Of a stretch of DNA of 32,000 nt, positions 1-8,074 are shown in pieces. The DNA comes from Mycolicibacterium smegmatis (GTDB taxonomy: Bacteria; Actinomycetota; Actinomycetes; Mycobacteriales; Mycobacteriaceae): contig NZ_LN831039.1 of assembly GCF_001457595.1 (NCBI RefSeq), forward strand, positions 5,760,001-5,792,000, written 5' to 3'. The position numbers were made by a program, and so were the translations under genes. Position 1 is the stretch's first letter; each line of letters opens with the position of its first letter. Below the pieces are notes generated by a model. That model was not told where the DNA came from, did not search any database, and worked only from the letters and a program-made list of their open reading frames with translations.

Positions 1-314
1 AGGTAGTAGTCCGCGTTGCGGGGCATACCGAAGGTTGCGGTTCCGCCACCGAGCGAGCCGAGTGAGCGGACCGCGTGCACGCCGCCGTCGGCCGCGTGCA
101 CGGCCTGCTCCGCATACGGCAACAACTCCTGACCCGCGGCGGTGAGCGCGAGCCTGCGGCTGCCGCGGACGAACAACTGGGCGTCGAGCTCTTCTTCGAG
201 ACGACGCACCAGTTCGGAGACCGACGCCTGGGCGACGGCCAGCGCATCGGCGGCAGCGGTGAACGAGCCAAGGCGGTGCGCTTCGACGAAAGCCCGAAGT
301 TGATTGAGCGTCAT
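1..314 (-). CDS. LysR-family transcriptional regulator, N-terminal part only (3' end lies left of the window)
   Basis: Missing from the ORF track because it has no stop in the window. The reverse complement of 314..1 reads MTLNQLRAFVEAHRLGSFTAAADALAVAQASVSELVRRLEEELDAQLFVRGSRRLALTAAGQELLPYAEQAV..., a textbook LysR winged-HTH N-terminus. The ATG is the complement of 312-314. It is divergent from the epoxide hydrolase gene. Confidence 0.8.
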   Translation of the reverse strand, partial: MTLNQLRAFVEAHRLGSFTAAADALAVAQASVSELVRRLEEELDAQLFVRGSRRLALTAAGQELLPYAEQAVHAADGGVHAVRSLGSLGGGTATFGMPRNADYY

Positions 315-326
315 ACCGTGCAGTAT
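313..326. promoter_or_regulatory. ATAC-N6-GTAT dyad in the 18-bp LysR/epoxide hydrolase divergent gap; candidate LysR-type regulator box
   Basis: The sequence ATACCGTGCAGTAT sits exactly between the two start codons (314 and 333). LysR regulators typically bind dyads in divergent promoters. The spacing is not the classic T-N11-A. Confidence 0.25.
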
Positions 327-332
327 TGACCC

Positions 333-1445
333 ATGACCGACTCGTTGATCCGCCCGTTCCGCATCGCCGTACCCGACGCCGATCTCGACGACCTCAAGAG
401 CCGCCTGTCCCGCACCCGCTGGCCCGAGCCGGAAACCGTCGACGACTGGGGTCAGGGCATACCGCTGGACTACACCCGCGAGCTCGCCGAGTACTGGGCG
501 AACGGCTACGACTGGCGCGCCCGCGAACAGGCGCTGAACCGCTTCGACCACTACGTCACCGAACTCGACGGGCTCGACATCCACTTCATCCACCAGCGCT
601 GCGCACGCCCCGACGCGTTTCCCCTGCTGCTCACCCACGGCTGGCCCGGATCGATCGTCGAATTCCACAAGGTGATCGAACCGCTCACCGAGGCCGGGTT
701 CGACGTGGTCTGCCCGTCGCTGCCCGGCTACGGCTTCTCCGGCAAGCCCACGACGACCGGGTGGGGCATCGGCAGGATCGCCCAGGCGTGGGACACCCTC
801 ATGACCCGGCTGGGCTATGACCGCTACGGCGCGCAGGGCGGCGACTGGGGCGCGGCCGTCACGACGCAGATCGGCCGCAACGTGGGCAATTGTGTTGGCA
901 TTCATGTGAACATGCCGATCGCGCGGCCACCCGCCGAAGGCGTCGGTGAGATGACCGAGGAGGTGCGACAGGCGCTGGAACGGATGCAGTACTACCGCAA
1001 ATGGGATTCCGGCTACATGAAGCAGCAGTCGACGCGGCCGCAGACCGTGGGCTACGGCCTGGTCGACTCGCCCGTGGGGCAGCTGGCTTGGATCGTCGAG
1101 AAGTTCTGGTCGTGGATGGACTGCGACGGCCACCCCGAGAACGTGCTGAGCCGCGACGAACTGCTCGACAACGTGATGCTGTACTGGGTCACCGCGTCGG
1201 CGGCGTCCTCGGCGCGGCTGTACTGGGAGAGTTACGACACCTTCGCAGGTGGCGACTTCGTGACGCTGCCCACCGGCGTGGCGTCGTTCCCCAAGGAGAT
1301 CCTGCGCGCGCCGCGGGCCTGGTGCGAAAAGGCGTACAACGTCACGCATTTCACGATGATGCCGCGCGGTGGGCACTTCGCGGCGTTCGAGCAGCCCGAG
1401 CTTTTCGTCGAGGATGTCGCGAAATTCTTCGACAGCGTGCGCTGA
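333..1445 (+). CDS. Epoxide hydrolase (alpha/beta hydrolase with epoxide-hydrolase N-terminal domain)
   Basis: 370-aa ORF. It has the N-terminal IRPFRIAVPDADLDDLKSRLSRTRWPE region, the HGWPGS oxyanion motif and the GGDWG nucleophile elbow, all typical of microsomal-type epoxide hydrolases. Confidence 0.9.
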   Translation: MTDSLIRPFRIAVPDADLDDLKSRLSRTRWPEPETVDDWGQGIPLDYTRELAEYWANGYDWRAREQALNRFDHYVTELDGLDIHFIHQRCARPDAFPLLLTHGWPGSIVEFHKVIEPLTEAGFDVVCPSLPGYGFSGKPTTTGWGIGRIAQAWDTLMTRLGYDRYGAQGGDWGAAVTTQIGRNVGNCVGIHVNMPIARPPAEGVGEMTEEVRQALERMQYYRKWDSGYMKQQSTRPQTVGYGLVDSPVGQLAWIVEKFWSWMDCDGHPENVLSRDELLDNVMLYWVTASAASSARLYWESYDTFAGGDFVTLPTGVASFPKEILRAPRAWCEKAYNVTHFTMMPRGGHFAAFEQPELFVEDVAKFFDSVR

Positions 1446-1447
1446 GC

Positions 1448-1526
1448 TTTTCTTTCGCGAGCAGACGTAAAACTGCCTATTTTGCAAGGAAATTGGGCAG
1501 TTTTGCGTCTGCTCGGCAGAAGAAAA
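1448..1526. terminator. Long interrupted palindrome / stem-loop filling the convergent gap between the epoxide hydrolase and ABC genes
   Basis: Arms CGAGCAGACGTAAAACTGCC (1458-1477) and GGCAGTTTTGCGTCTGCTCG (1496-1515) pair over 20 positions with one T-G wobble. The loop is 18 nt. Outer arms TTTTCTT (1448-1454) and AAGAAAA (1520-1526) extend the stem. The element lies between stop codons at 1443-1445 (+) and 1527-1529 (-). Neither orientation has a 3' U-tract, so it is not a canonical intrinsic terminator. Confidence 0.5.
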
Positions 1527-3353
1527 TCAGGCCAGCGAGTCGACCCAGGCACGGTGCAGCGCCGCGTAGGCACCGTCGGTGCGGCCGATCAGATCGGCGG
1601 GTGAGCCGTCCTCGATGATGCGGCCGTGTTCGAGCACGAGCACCCGGTCGGCGATCTGCACGGTCGACAACCGGTGGGCGATGACCAGTGCGGTGCGGTC
1701 GGCGAGCACCGTCTCCAGTGCACGTTGCACCATGCGCTCGCTGGGGATGTCGAGCGAGGACGTGGCCTCGTCGAGGATCAGCACCGCCGGGTCGGCGAGG
1801 AACGCCCGCGCGAACGCGATCAGTTGGCGCTGCCCCGCCGACAGGCGTCCGCCGCGCTTGGCGACGTCGGTGCCGTAACCCTCGGGCAGCGTCGCGATGA
1901 ACCGGTCGGCGCCGACGGCCTCGGCCGCCGCGCGCACCTGCGCATCGGTGGCGTCGGGCCTGCCGAAGCGGATGTTGTCGGCGACGGTGCCCTCGAACAT
2001 GAAGTTCTCCTGCGTCACCATCACGACGTGGCGGCGCAGTTCTGACTGCGACAGGTCGCGCAGGTCGACTCCGTCCAGCGTGACGGTGCCCGAGGTGGGG
2101 TCGTAGAACCGCGCGATGAGCTTGGCGATCGTGGTCTTGCCGGCGCCCGTGGTGCCCACCAGTGCGACGGTCTGCCCCGCGGGCACCGTCAGCGTGAGAT
2201 CGGGTAGCACCGGGCGGCCGGGCGCGTAGGCGAAGTGCACGTGGTCGAACGTGATGGTGCCCGCTACCGCGTGAAGCGCGACGGGCCGCTCCGGATCGGC
2301 GATGCCCGGCCTCTGCGCCAGCACGCCCGCCAGTTTCTCCAGCGCCGACGACGCCGACTGGAAGGTGTTGAAGAACTGCGAGATCTCCTGCATGGGTTCG
2401 AAGAACATCCGCAGGTACAGCAGGAACGCGGCGAGCGTGCCGATGGTCATCTGGCCGCCCAGCACCCGGTAACCGCCGTAGAGCAGCACCACGCCGGTGG
2501 TGATGTTGCCGACCAGTTTGACGCCCGGCATGAAGATCGCGAGCAGCTTGAAGGTCTTCTCGTTGATCTCGCGGTAGCCGTCGGCGATGTCGGCGAAGAT
2601 CTCCTGGTTGCGGGGTTCGCGCCGGTAGGCCTGCACGGCCTTGATGCCGGTCATGGTCTCGACGAACTGCACGATCACCAACGCGGCGCTCTCGCGCACC
2701 TTGCGGTACGTGCGGGCGGATTCGTTGCGGAACCACCACACCAACGCGACGAGGATCGGGAACGCCGCCAGGCACATCAGGCCCAGCCGCCAGTCCAGCA
2801 CCACGAGCAGCACCGCGGTGCCGAACAGCGTGAGCACCGCGGTGATCAGGCTGTCGAATCCGGTCTCCAGCATGTCCTGGATGGCCTCGACGTCGTTGGT
2901 CGAGCGGCTCACCACCCGGCCCGAGGTGTACCGGTCGTGGAACGCCAGGTCCAGATGCTGGAAATGGCGGAACACCCGGCGCCGCAACTCCAGCAGCACC
3001 TTCTGCCCGATGCGCCCGGAGCGGCGCAGGAAGAACATCCGGCTGGTGGCCTGCACCAGCACCACCGCGCACAGCGTCGCGACGATGACCATGAGCTCAC
3101 GCGCCGAGTCACCGGCGAGGATGGGCGGGATGCCGTGGTCGATGCCGCGCTGCACCAGCACCGGAACCGAAAGCCGCGCAGCGTTTTCCACGATCACCAC
3201 GAGCGCCAGCAGCGCGACGATCCAGCGGTAGGGCGCCAACAGCGAGCCCAGCAGGGACCGGGCCTCCCGGCGCAGGGGCACGTTCTCGTCGATCGGCAGA
3301 TCGTCCGGGTTCTGCTCGTCCTGCAGGCGGCCGCGCCAGTCGGTCACGCTCAT
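1527..3353 (-). CDS. ABC exporter half-transporter (TMD-NBD fusion), canonical Walker B subunit; Rv1272c-like
   Basis: 608 aa. An N-terminal six-helix-type hydrophobic domain is followed by Walker A GTTGAGKTT, signature LSAGQRQ, Walker B LILDEA and H-loop AHRLST. Its start overlaps the upstream gene's stop (3350-3353). Confidence 0.9.
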   Translation of the reverse strand: MSVTDWRGRLQDEQNPDDLPIDENVPLRREARSLLGSLLAPYRWIVALLALVVIVENAARLSVPVLVQRGIDHGIPPILAGDSARELMVIVATLCAVVLVQATSRMFFLRRSGRIGQKVLLELRRRVFRHFQHLDLAFHDRYTSGRVVSRSTNDVEAIQDMLETGFDSLITAVLTLFGTAVLLVVLDWRLGLMCLAAFPILVALVWWFRNESARTYRKVRESAALVIVQFVETMTGIKAVQAYRREPRNQEIFADIADGYREINEKTFKLLAIFMPGVKLVGNITTGVVLLYGGYRVLGGQMTIGTLAAFLLYLRMFFEPMQEISQFFNTFQSASSALEKLAGVLAQRPGIADPERPVALHAVAGTITFDHVHFAYAPGRPVLPDLTLTVPAGQTVALVGTTGAGKTTIAKLIARFYDPTSGTVTLDGVDLRDLSQSELRRHVVMVTQENFMFEGTVADNIRFGRPDATDAQVRAAAEAVGADRFIATLPEGYGTDVAKRGGRLSAGQRQLIAFARAFLADPAVLILDEATSSLDIPSERMVQRALETVLADRTALVIAHRLSTVQIADRVLVLEHGRIIEDGSPADLIGRTDGAYAALHRAWVDSLA

Positions 3354-5308
3354 CGGCGCTGCACCTCCTGGCCCAGATACTCGGGCTCGTCGAGACCGTC
3401 GATCGCGGCGCGCTCGTCATGCACCCGGCGCAGCCGCTGCAGCTCCTCCTCGTCCTCCCACTCGCAGATGCGTTCGGCCTCGTCGTCGAGTTCGTCGTCG
3501 GCGGCCAGCAGGTAGCGGTACCGGGGCACCTCGGCGAGCAGTTCGGCGTGCGTGCCGATATGGGTGATGGTGCCCGCGCCCTGGCCGTCGCGGTCCAGCA
3601 GCGCGACCTTGTCGGCCAACAGCACCGTCGACGCGCGGTGCGCGACGATGACCCCGGTGACCGACGAGAGCACCCGGCCCAGCGCCTCGGTGACCCTGGC
3701 CTCGGTGTGCACATCGAGCGCCGAGAGCGTGTCGTCGAGCACCAGGATGCGGGGCGCGGCGAGGATCGCTCGCGCCAGCGAAAGCCGTTGGCGCTGACCG
3801 CCGGACAGGCTCATACCCTGCTCACCGATGCGGGTGTCCAGACCGAACGGCAGGCCGTGGACGAAGTGCGCGGCCGCGACGTCGACGGCCTGTTCCAGTT
3901 CGGCGTCGGACGCGTCGGCGCGGCCCAGGCGCAGGTTCTCGGCGACCGACATCGAGAACAGTGTCGGATCCTCGAACGCGGTGGCCACGGTGCGGCGCAG
4001 CGCGGGCAGGCTCAGGTCGCGGATGTCCCGACCGTCGATGAGGATCTGCCCCTCGGTGACGTCATAGAGACGTGAGAACAGCGCAGCCAGAACGGATTTC
4101 CCGGATCCGGTGGACCCGACCAGCGCGACCGTCTCCCCCGGCTCGACGGTCAGGTCGACATGGCGCAGGGCCCACGCATCCGAGTCCGGGAAGCGAAATC
4201 CCACATCCCGCAACTCCAGCCGGCCACCGAGCGGCGCCTCGGCGATCGGCCCATCGACGATTTCGCGTGGCGCGTCGAAGATCTCGGCGATGCGGTTGGC
4301 CGCGGTGAACGACTCCTGCGTCATCGACAACAGGAAGCCCAGCGACGCGATCGGCCACACCAGCGACAGCATCATGGTGATGAACGCGACCAGCGTGCCC
4401 ATCGTGACGTAGCCGTGGCCCGCGGCATAGGCGCCGAAGCCCAGCACCACGATGAGCGTCAGGTTGGGGATGACCTCAAGCAGCGTCCAGAATTTCGCGG
4501 ACACACCGACGCGCGCGACCTGCGTGTCGTACAGACGCGTGGCCTGCTCGTCGAACCGGTCGAACACGTAGTCCTCACGCCCGAACGACTTCACGACGCG
4601 AAGGCCCAGCGCCGACTCCTCGACGTGCGTCGCGACATGGCCGGTCTGATCCTGCGCGAGCCGCGACAGCCGCGTGTACTCACGCTCGAAGTGCAGCACC
4701 GTGGCCGCGATCGGCACGATCGACACCAGCACCACGACACCCAGGGGCCAGTACATGGCCAGCAGGATCGCGGTGACCACGGTGATCTGCAGGCCGTTGA
4801 GGATCAGGAACACCAGGCCGAACGACATGAACCGGCGGATGGTCGACAGGTCGTTCATCACGCGCGAGAGCAACTGGCCTGACTGCCAACGGCCGTGGAA
4901 CGACATCGGCAGGATCTGCAGCCGTGCGTAGAGGTCCTTGCGGATGTCGGCCTCGACGCCCATCGTGGCGCGCGCGACCAGCCACCGCCGGATGAACCAC
5001 AGCACGGCCTCGGAGATGCCGATGCCCACCGCGGCGGCACCCAGCGTCCACAACCCCTGCGAATCCTGATGACGCACCGGCCCGTCGATCACGGCCTTGG
5101 TCATCAGCGGGATCGCGATGGTGGCGCCGAGGCTCACGATCGCCACGACGACCATGGTCACCCAGCGGGCCCGGTACGGCAGCAGGTACGGAAGCAGCCG
5201 ACGCAGGTCCGAGCCGGCCCTGAGCCGCGCCGGTGGCGCAGCGATGGCCGGCGCGCTGCCGAGAGCGTCTGCGCCGGATCCGCGGGGTTCGGAGGAAGAT
5301 TCAGTCAC
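3350..5308 (-). CDS. ABC exporter half-transporter (TMD-NBD fusion), degenerate Walker B subunit; Rv1273c-like
   Basis: 652 aa with a GTG start at 5308. It has Walker A GSTGSGKSV, signature LSGGQRQR and Walker B ILVLDD, in which Asp (codon at 3731-3733) replaces the catalytic Glu. An acidic C-terminal tail of about 50 aa follows the NBD. Confidence 0.9.
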   Translation of the reverse strand: MTESSSEPRGSGADALGSAPAIAAPPARLRAGSDLRRLLPYLLPYRARWVTMVVVAIVSLGATIAIPLMTKAVIDGPVRHQDSQGLWTLGAAAVGIGISEAVLWFIRRWLVARATMGVEADIRKDLYARLQILPMSFHGRWQSGQLLSRVMNDLSTIRRFMSFGLVFLILNGLQITVVTAILLAMYWPLGVVVLVSIVPIAATVLHFEREYTRLSRLAQDQTGHVATHVEESALGLRVVKSFGREDYVFDRFDEQATRLYDTQVARVGVSAKFWTLLEVIPNLTLIVVLGFGAYAAGHGYVTMGTLVAFITMMLSLVWPIASLGFLLSMTQESFTAANRIAEIFDAPREIVDGPIAEAPLGGRLELRDVGFRFPDSDAWALRHVDLTVEPGETVALVGSTGSGKSVLAALFSRLYDVTEGQILIDGRDIRDLSLPALRRTVATAFEDPTLFSMSVAENLRLGRADASDAELEQAVDVAAAHFVHGLPFGLDTRIGEQGMSLSGGQRQRLSLARAILAAPRILVLDDTLSALDVHTEARVTEALGRVLSSVTGVIVAHRASTVLLADKVALLDRDGQGAGTITHIGTHAELLAEVPRYRYLLAADDELDDEAERICEWEDEEELQRLRRVHDERAAIDGLDEPEYLGQEVQRR

Positions 5309-5346
5309 AACCAGTCAATATTCCCATGTGCGGCAACTGAATAACC

Positions 5347-7239
5347 TCACGCGGCGCTCGCATCGGCCCGGTCCTCGGAGCCGAACTGCGTTTCGTACAG
5401 CTCGGCGTAACGTCCGCCACGGGCCAACAGCGCATCATGCGTGCCGCGTTCGACGATGCGTCCGTCCTCGACGACGAGGATGAGATCGGCCGCGCGCACC
5501 GTGGACAGCCGGTGGGCGACGACCAGTGACGTGCGGCCCGCCAACGCCTCGGCCAGGGCCTGCTGCACCGCGGCCTCGGAGGCCGAGTCCAGCGACGCCG
5601 TCGCCTCATCCAGCACCACCACCCGCGATCGCCCCAACAGCAGGCGCGCGATCGTCAGCCGCTGCCGCTGCCCTCCGGAAAGACGGTATCCCCGCTCACC
5701 GACAACCGTGTCGAGCCCGTCGGGCATCGCGGCAACCACATCGGCCAGCCGGGCGCGGCGCAGGGCGTCCCACAACTCGTCGTCGGTCGCGTTCGGCGCG
5801 GCCAGCCGCAGGTTGGCCCCGATCGACTCGTGGAACAGGTGCCCGTCCTGGGTCACCATGCCGACGGTGTCCTTCAGCGATGCGAACGTCACGTCGCGCA
5901 CGTCGACGCCACCCAACCGGACCCCGCCGGCATCGACATCGTAGAGCCGCGCGACCAGCGAGGCGATGGTCGACTTGCCTGCACCCGAGGAGCCGACCAG
6001 GGCCACCATCTGACCCGGCTCGGCGCGGAAGCTGATGCCGTGCAGCACCTCGTCGCCGCCGCGGTGGTCGAGCTCGGCGACCTCTTCCAGCGACGCCAGC
6101 GACACCTTGTCGGCCGACGGATACGAGAACCGCACATCGTCGAACTCGACGGTCACCGGACCGTCCGGTACCGGCATGGCGTCGGGTTCCTCGGCGATCA
6201 GCGGTTCCAGGTCGAGCACCTCGAAGACCCGCTCGAACGACACCAGTGCACTCGCGATCTCGACGCGCGCGTTGGCCAGGGCGGTCAGTGGGGCGTACAT
6301 GCGGGTGAGCAGCAGCGCCAGCGACACGATCGAGCCGGCCTGCAACTGCCCGCCGATAGCGAGTACGCCGCCCAGGCCGTACACCAGCGCCAGGGCCAGT
6401 GCCGACATCAGCGTCAGCGAGTTCATGAACGTCGACTGCAGCATCGCGGTGCGCACCCCGATGTCACGGACCGCGTCGGCACGCGCCGCGAACTCGTCGG
6501 ATTCGCGCTGCGGGCTGCCGAACAGTTTGACCAGCGTGGCGCCCGGCGCCGAGAACCGCTCGGTCATCTGCGTGTTCATGGTCGCGTTGTGCGCCGCGGC
6601 GCGCCGCGACAGATCGGCCATGCGCGCACCGATGCGGCGTGCGGGCACCACGAACAGCGGAACCAGCACGAGCGCGAGCAGCGTGATCTGCCACGAGATC
6701 CGCAGCATCACCACGAGCGTGAGCGTCAGCGTCACGACGTTGGTGACGATGCCCGAGAACGTGTCGGAGAACGCGCGCTGTGCGCCGATGACGTCGTTGC
6801 CCAGGCGGCTCACGAGGGCACCCGTGCGGGTGCGCGTGAAGAACGCGATGGGCATCTTCTGCACGTGGTCGAACACCGCGGTGCGCAAGTCGAGGATGAG
6901 GCCCTCGCCGATGGTCGACGACAGCCAGCGGGTGACCAGCGACACCGCGGCCTCGGCGACTGCGATGGCGGCGATGGTGCCCGCCAGCAGGAGCACTACC
7001 GCGGCCAATCCGCCGTCGGTGATCTGGTCGATCACGCGGCCGGCCAGCACCGGCGTGGTGACCGCGAGCACCGCGCTGAGCACGCTGACCGCGAAGAACA
7101 CCGCGAGCCTGCGGTGGTGGCGTGCCGCGAAACGCCAGATTCGCGCCAGCAGTCGCCGGTTCGCGAGCGCGTGCAGGTCACCGCCCTTGGCGTGCGTTTG
7201 GCGGTACAGGGTCTGCCGCGCGACGGTCTCGATACTCAT
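5347..7239 (-). CDS. ABC exporter half-transporter (TMD-NBD fusion), fully canonical motifs; probably a homodimer
   Basis: The track ORF (5347..7260) begins at a TTG. The ATG at 7239 (MSIETVARQ...) is preceded by GGTGAG. Motifs are Walker A GSSGAGKST, signature LSGGQRQR, Walker B VVVLDEA and H-loop AHRLST. Confidence 0.85.
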   Translation of the reverse strand: MSIETVARQTLYRQTHAKGGDLHALANRRLLARIWRFAARHHRRLAVFFAVSVLSAVLAVTTPVLAGRVIDQITDGGLAAVVLLLAGTIAAIAVAEAAVSLVTRWLSSTIGEGLILDLRTAVFDHVQKMPIAFFTRTRTGALVSRLGNDVIGAQRAFSDTFSGIVTNVVTLTLTLVVMLRISWQITLLALVLVPLFVVPARRIGARMADLSRRAAAHNATMNTQMTERFSAPGATLVKLFGSPQRESDEFAARADAVRDIGVRTAMLQSTFMNSLTLMSALALALVYGLGGVLAIGGQLQAGSIVSLALLLTRMYAPLTALANARVEIASALVSFERVFEVLDLEPLIAEEPDAMPVPDGPVTVEFDDVRFSYPSADKVSLASLEEVAELDHRGGDEVLHGISFRAEPGQMVALVGSSGAGKSTIASLVARLYDVDAGGVRLGGVDVRDVTFASLKDTVGMVTQDGHLFHESIGANLRLAAPNATDDELWDALRRARLADVVAAMPDGLDTVVGERGYRLSGGQRQRLTIARLLLGRSRVVVLDEATASLDSASEAAVQQALAEALAGRTSLVVAHRLSTVRAADLILVVEDGRIVERGTHDALLARGGRYAELYETQFGSEDRADASAA

Positions 7240-7345
7240 TTGCTCACCGTAAAACCTCAACCAATGATGAGGTCAAAGACTTCCCCGGCGGTTCGCGACG
7301 CAAACCGGACGTGCCTGCGTCGTCAGCCGCCGGTCATCGGGCAAG

Positions 7346-8065
7346 ATGGCGGGCATGGACAGTACTACCAGCGGCATGGCCTCGCCGAGGGTGCTTGTGG
7401 TGGATGACGACCCCGACGTGCTCGCCTCACTCGAACGCGGGCTGCGGCTGTCCGGATTCGACGTGTCGACAGCCGTGGACGGGGCCGAGGCGCTGCGCAG
7501 CGCCACCGAGACGCGCCCCGACGCCATCGTGCTCGACATCAACATGCCCGTCCTCGACGGTGTCAGCGTGGTGACCGCGCTCCGCGCCATGGACAACGAC
7601 GTGCCGGTGTGCGTGTTGTCCGCGCGCAGCAGTGTCGACGACCGCGTCGCGGGGCTCGAAGCCGGCGCCGACGACTACCTGGTGAAACCGTTCGTGCTGG
7701 CCGAACTCGTGGCGCGGGTCAAGGCGCTGCTGCGCCGCCGCGGCTCGTCGGCCACGTTCTCCTCGGAGACCATCCAGGTCGGCCCGCTCGAGGTGGACAT
7801 CCCGGGCCGTCGCGCGCGCGTCAACGGCGTCGACGTCGACCTGACCAAGCGCGAGTTCGACCTGCTCGCCGTGCTGGCCGAGCACAAGACCGCGGTGCTC
7901 TCGCGCGCCCAGCTGCTCGAGCTGGTGTGGGGCTACGACTTCGCGGCCGACACCAACGTCGTCGACGTGTTCATCGGCTACCTGCGCCGGAAGCTCGAAG
8001 CCGGTGGCGCGCCCCGATTGCTGCACACCGTGCGAGGCGTCGGTTTCGTCCTGCGGACCCAGTAG
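7346..8065 (+). CDS. prrA: OmpR-family response regulator PrrA
   Basis: 239 aa. The sequence is near-identical over most of its length to M. tuberculosis PrrA as I recall it ([25 protein letters not shown]...[72 protein letters not shown]...). In-frame alternative ATGs exist at codons 4 and 11. Confidence 0.9.
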   Translation: MAGMDSTTSGMASPRVLVVDDDPDVLASLERGLRLSGFDVSTAVDGAEALRSATETRPDAIVLDINMPVLDGVSVVTALRAMDNDVPVCVLSARSSVDDRVAGLEAGADDYLVKPFVLAELVARVKALLRRRGSSATFSSETIQVGPLEVDIPGRRARVNGVDVDLTKREFDLLAVLAEHKTAVLSRAQLLELVWGYDFAADTNVVDVFIGYLRRKLEAGGAPRLLHTVRGVGFVLRTQ

Positions 8066-8074
8066 CCCGCCGCC

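Noticed and set aside
5830-7407. A 525-aa plus-strand ORF, plus 6035..7252 (405 aa), antisense to or out of frame with the third ABC gene.
   Set aside because: This is the same high-GC artefact. The opposite strand encodes an ABC exporter with all canonical motifs.
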